Position numbers and translations under genes: made by a program. A DNA stretch of 64,000 bases. It comes from the human T2T-CHM13v2.0 reference genome, Homo sapiens. This document shows, piece by piece, positions 61,312-64,000 of this stretch (the stretch's first letter is position 1; every line of letters begins with the position of its first letter). The notes under the pieces were generated by a model. That model did no database searches. It saw only the letters and a program-made list of their open reading frames with translations, and had not been told where the DNA came from. The stretch lies in assembly GCF_009914755.1 (NCBI RefSeq), contig NC_060938.1; one strand, given 5' to 3'.

Positions 61312-61493
61312 CTAAAAGAGGGGGAAAAAGGGTAGGGGAAGAGAAGGCAATTAAATAACTATGAATCACTGGTTGATATTAAATAGTCATTAGATCAAAT
61401 GTGTGCATTAAAGACATGCAACAATAATGAGGAATAATTACTTATATTAGCAAAATTGGAAGAAATACACCAGGCTAACACTAAAATACTTGC

Positions 61494-61669
61494 TTTTTGG
61501 CAGGAACTGTTTTTTGCAGGTTCCAAAGTTTCAGGGTATGGTCCTCAGAAGCAGTAACCAGCACAGGTTCTACAGGATGAAAAGCTAATGCCCGTACTCC
61601 ATCAAAATGGCTACGTAGTGTATACTTGGGACTCCATGTCTTTCGAAAGGCATCTTTATTAGCAGGCAA
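61494..61669 (-). CDS. STRN3: Striatin-3 exon (first WD40 repeat), GC donor
   Basis: LPANKDAFRKTWSPKYTLRSHFDGVRALAFHPVEPVLVTASEDHTLKLWNLQKTVPAK; 176 nt; the frame requires the donor GCAAGT. Confidence 0.94.
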
Positions 61670-63010
61670 CTAAAAGGAAAGAGCACAATATTTAGTGGTA
61701 AAAGTAGTAAACTGGAAGGCATGTGGAGTGTTTGTTCGTTTCTTTTTGGTGTGTTTAACACATATATTTAAAACTGTTGGCTAAAATGTCCAGTGGAAAT
61801 TTAATGTACCTTTAAAACTTTCTAAAAAAACTTTATCATTTAATAATAACTCAGAATAATTTCATTCGCCTTACAAATAGCCTAGGTCAAATGAAGAGTT
61901 CCTTAATCTGTTTTTACCTATTAAGCTAAACCCAAAGCTCCCATTAAATGTCAGATGAGAACAAAATAACTACCATTGCTGCAATACTTTACATGAAAAA
62001 TAATTACATAAGTTATTACAAATATCCAACGGTACAGTATTAACAGTAAAGTTGTCATTTAGAAAACGTATTAGCATGTGAAATTATTAAAGGCAGCAAG
62101 TTAAGGTACTTTCTGAAAGTCTGAACTAAAGACCCTTTAAGAATATTTTTATCCCATTTTCATAATTCTTGATATTGACAGAGGTTTATCTTTTTACCTT
62201 CACATTTCTCCATCTGTAAAGATAGGCTGTGAAACCACTTCTAAAGCAGTCAAAAGTTTACTGGAATTTAGTCACTTATATACTTAAAAAAATATATTAA
62301 TGAGAATAATCCAGCCCACCAAAGGCTGTCTCTAAGCATGCTAATGTTAAGTATAAAACGTGGAAAAAAGAAACTCATTATAAAAAGAAAAAAAAATTGC
62401 TGAAAAACTGCAATTAACATAAAGATCTAACAAGTATAGTTAACTCTCAATTGAAATATTAATGACTAGAAAAAATTAAATCCAAGACAAGTTTCACCTC
62501 TAACACTGGACTCCCCACTCCCCAACCCTTCCATCCACTCCCCAATCCTCTAATGAAGGAGTTAAGTATTCAGGAAATGATGCAAGCTAACTTTAAAATG
62601 TTCAGAAACTTTAAAATATTTCCTTAAGAAAATAAAAGTTCAAAAATAAAACATGCTTTTTAAGAAGTACTCTGAAGGCAAATATATGATTCAGGTTATT
62701 TTTTTTCTTGTTAACACCAAAATATGGCTTAATTTGAGATAATTGAGAGTTGACTACTCAAGATGTATTTACTGACCAATATATTAATCATCTCAAACTT
62801 CTAGTTAATCCACCAAAATACCTAAAAAAAAAATTTAAATACCACAAAGAGAGTAGTTATAAAAGAAAAACATGTCACTTCAAATCAACACATTGACACA
62901 AACTTATCTTTTCCATGCACCTTGATATTAATTCTGTTTTATAAGTGATTCCAAAAAATAAGGAGCCTTCTATTAAATCATTAAAAAATTAAAAATAAAA
63001 CTGCACTTAC

Positions 63011-63144
63011 ATCATAACTATAGTCTGCATCATTTGTTACCGTCAAGTCTGCAAGGTCTCCAAGGCCCAGTACACTTAACAAAACATCATCAGAACCCAT
63101 AATAAATGACTTGCCTCCTCCAGATGGAAACGTTATTGGTTCAG
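63011..63144 (-). CDS. STRN3: Striatin-3 exon (pre-WD40 linker); gene continues beyond the window
   Basis: EPITFPSGGGKSFIMGSDDVLLSVLGLGDLADLTVTNDADYSYD; tatAG / GTAAGT; 134 nt. Confidence 0.93.
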
Positions 63145-63800
63145 CTATAAAGAACAAAACCGCTTCTTAAATGCTGAAAAATCATACAGTACAAGACAAT
63201 ATTGTGGGGAAAATTTAAGCACTTAACAGTTACAATATTCAGTAATATAATTAATTTTTATTTTCCCACTTCTACTCAAAAAATCCTGTTACTAAGCAGT
63301 GTTAAACAAATGTGTTGGAACTGTGGTGTATTAACTGTCCACAAATAAAATGTGCACTAGATATATTATTCTGGGGTGGAAGCTAGGGCACAAAAGCTTT
63401 GTCTGTCTAAATCTCTTATCACTTCAGTACAATTATAACTATAGTTTACATGTTAAATAAGAAATAGGACAAATTTTGATTAAATAATGGAGTTAAATAT
63501 CAGATTTTTGCATTCATGAGGGGAAACCTCTACCATGGACCTCAAGGACCTCAAAGTAGTCATATAGTATTTTTTAAATGTTAATAGGTTGTCGCCAAGT
63601 CCTTTTGCTTTCTAAAGAAGTACTAGGCATCCTAGTCCCTGATAAAAACTAGTACAAACATTGAAATGTAAATGGTTTACAGTCAGCTATATACTATATC
63701 AGTTCACTAGAATGAAGCTTTAATTGTTCAGATTCCTTTAGTAACAGCAATGGTCTAGGAAAAAATTCTTCCACCAACAATGTCAGTTTCCTTTCTATAA

Positions 63801-64000
<200 letters not shown>

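Overview
This is human-type (primate) genomic DNA, recognisable from the exon translations as the COCH-STRN3 locus (human 14q12). Positions 1-23.5 kb are repeat-rich intergenic DNA (Alu, L1, L2, MIR, MER1B/MER5, MaLR LTR). A CpG-island promoter at about 23.6-25.1 kb drives the complete 12-exon COCH gene on the + strand; the hand-assembled CDS is 1653 nt (550 aa: signal peptide, LCCL, two VWA domains), with ATG at 24426 and TAA at 39276. The last nine coding exons and 3' UTR of STRN3 (WD40 region) lie convergently on the - strand, and that gene continues beyond the right edge. I see no prokaryotic-type system, CRISPR array or RNA gene, and I cannot support a new multi-gene system. The most notable unexplained structure is a degenerate same-orientation copy of the STRN3 terminal coding exon inside STRN3's own intron (46403-46480, 64/76 aligned matches, preceded by a plausible splice acceptor). 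Other points of interest are a palindromic bidirectional AATAAA at the STRN3 3' end, a GC-AG intron in STRN3, a 195-nt in-frame extension of COCH exon 3, two coding alleles (COCH S352, STRN3 S471) that differ from the reference proteins as I recall them, and several nested or serial transposon insertions. Repeat subfamily calls and boundaries are by eye and approximate.
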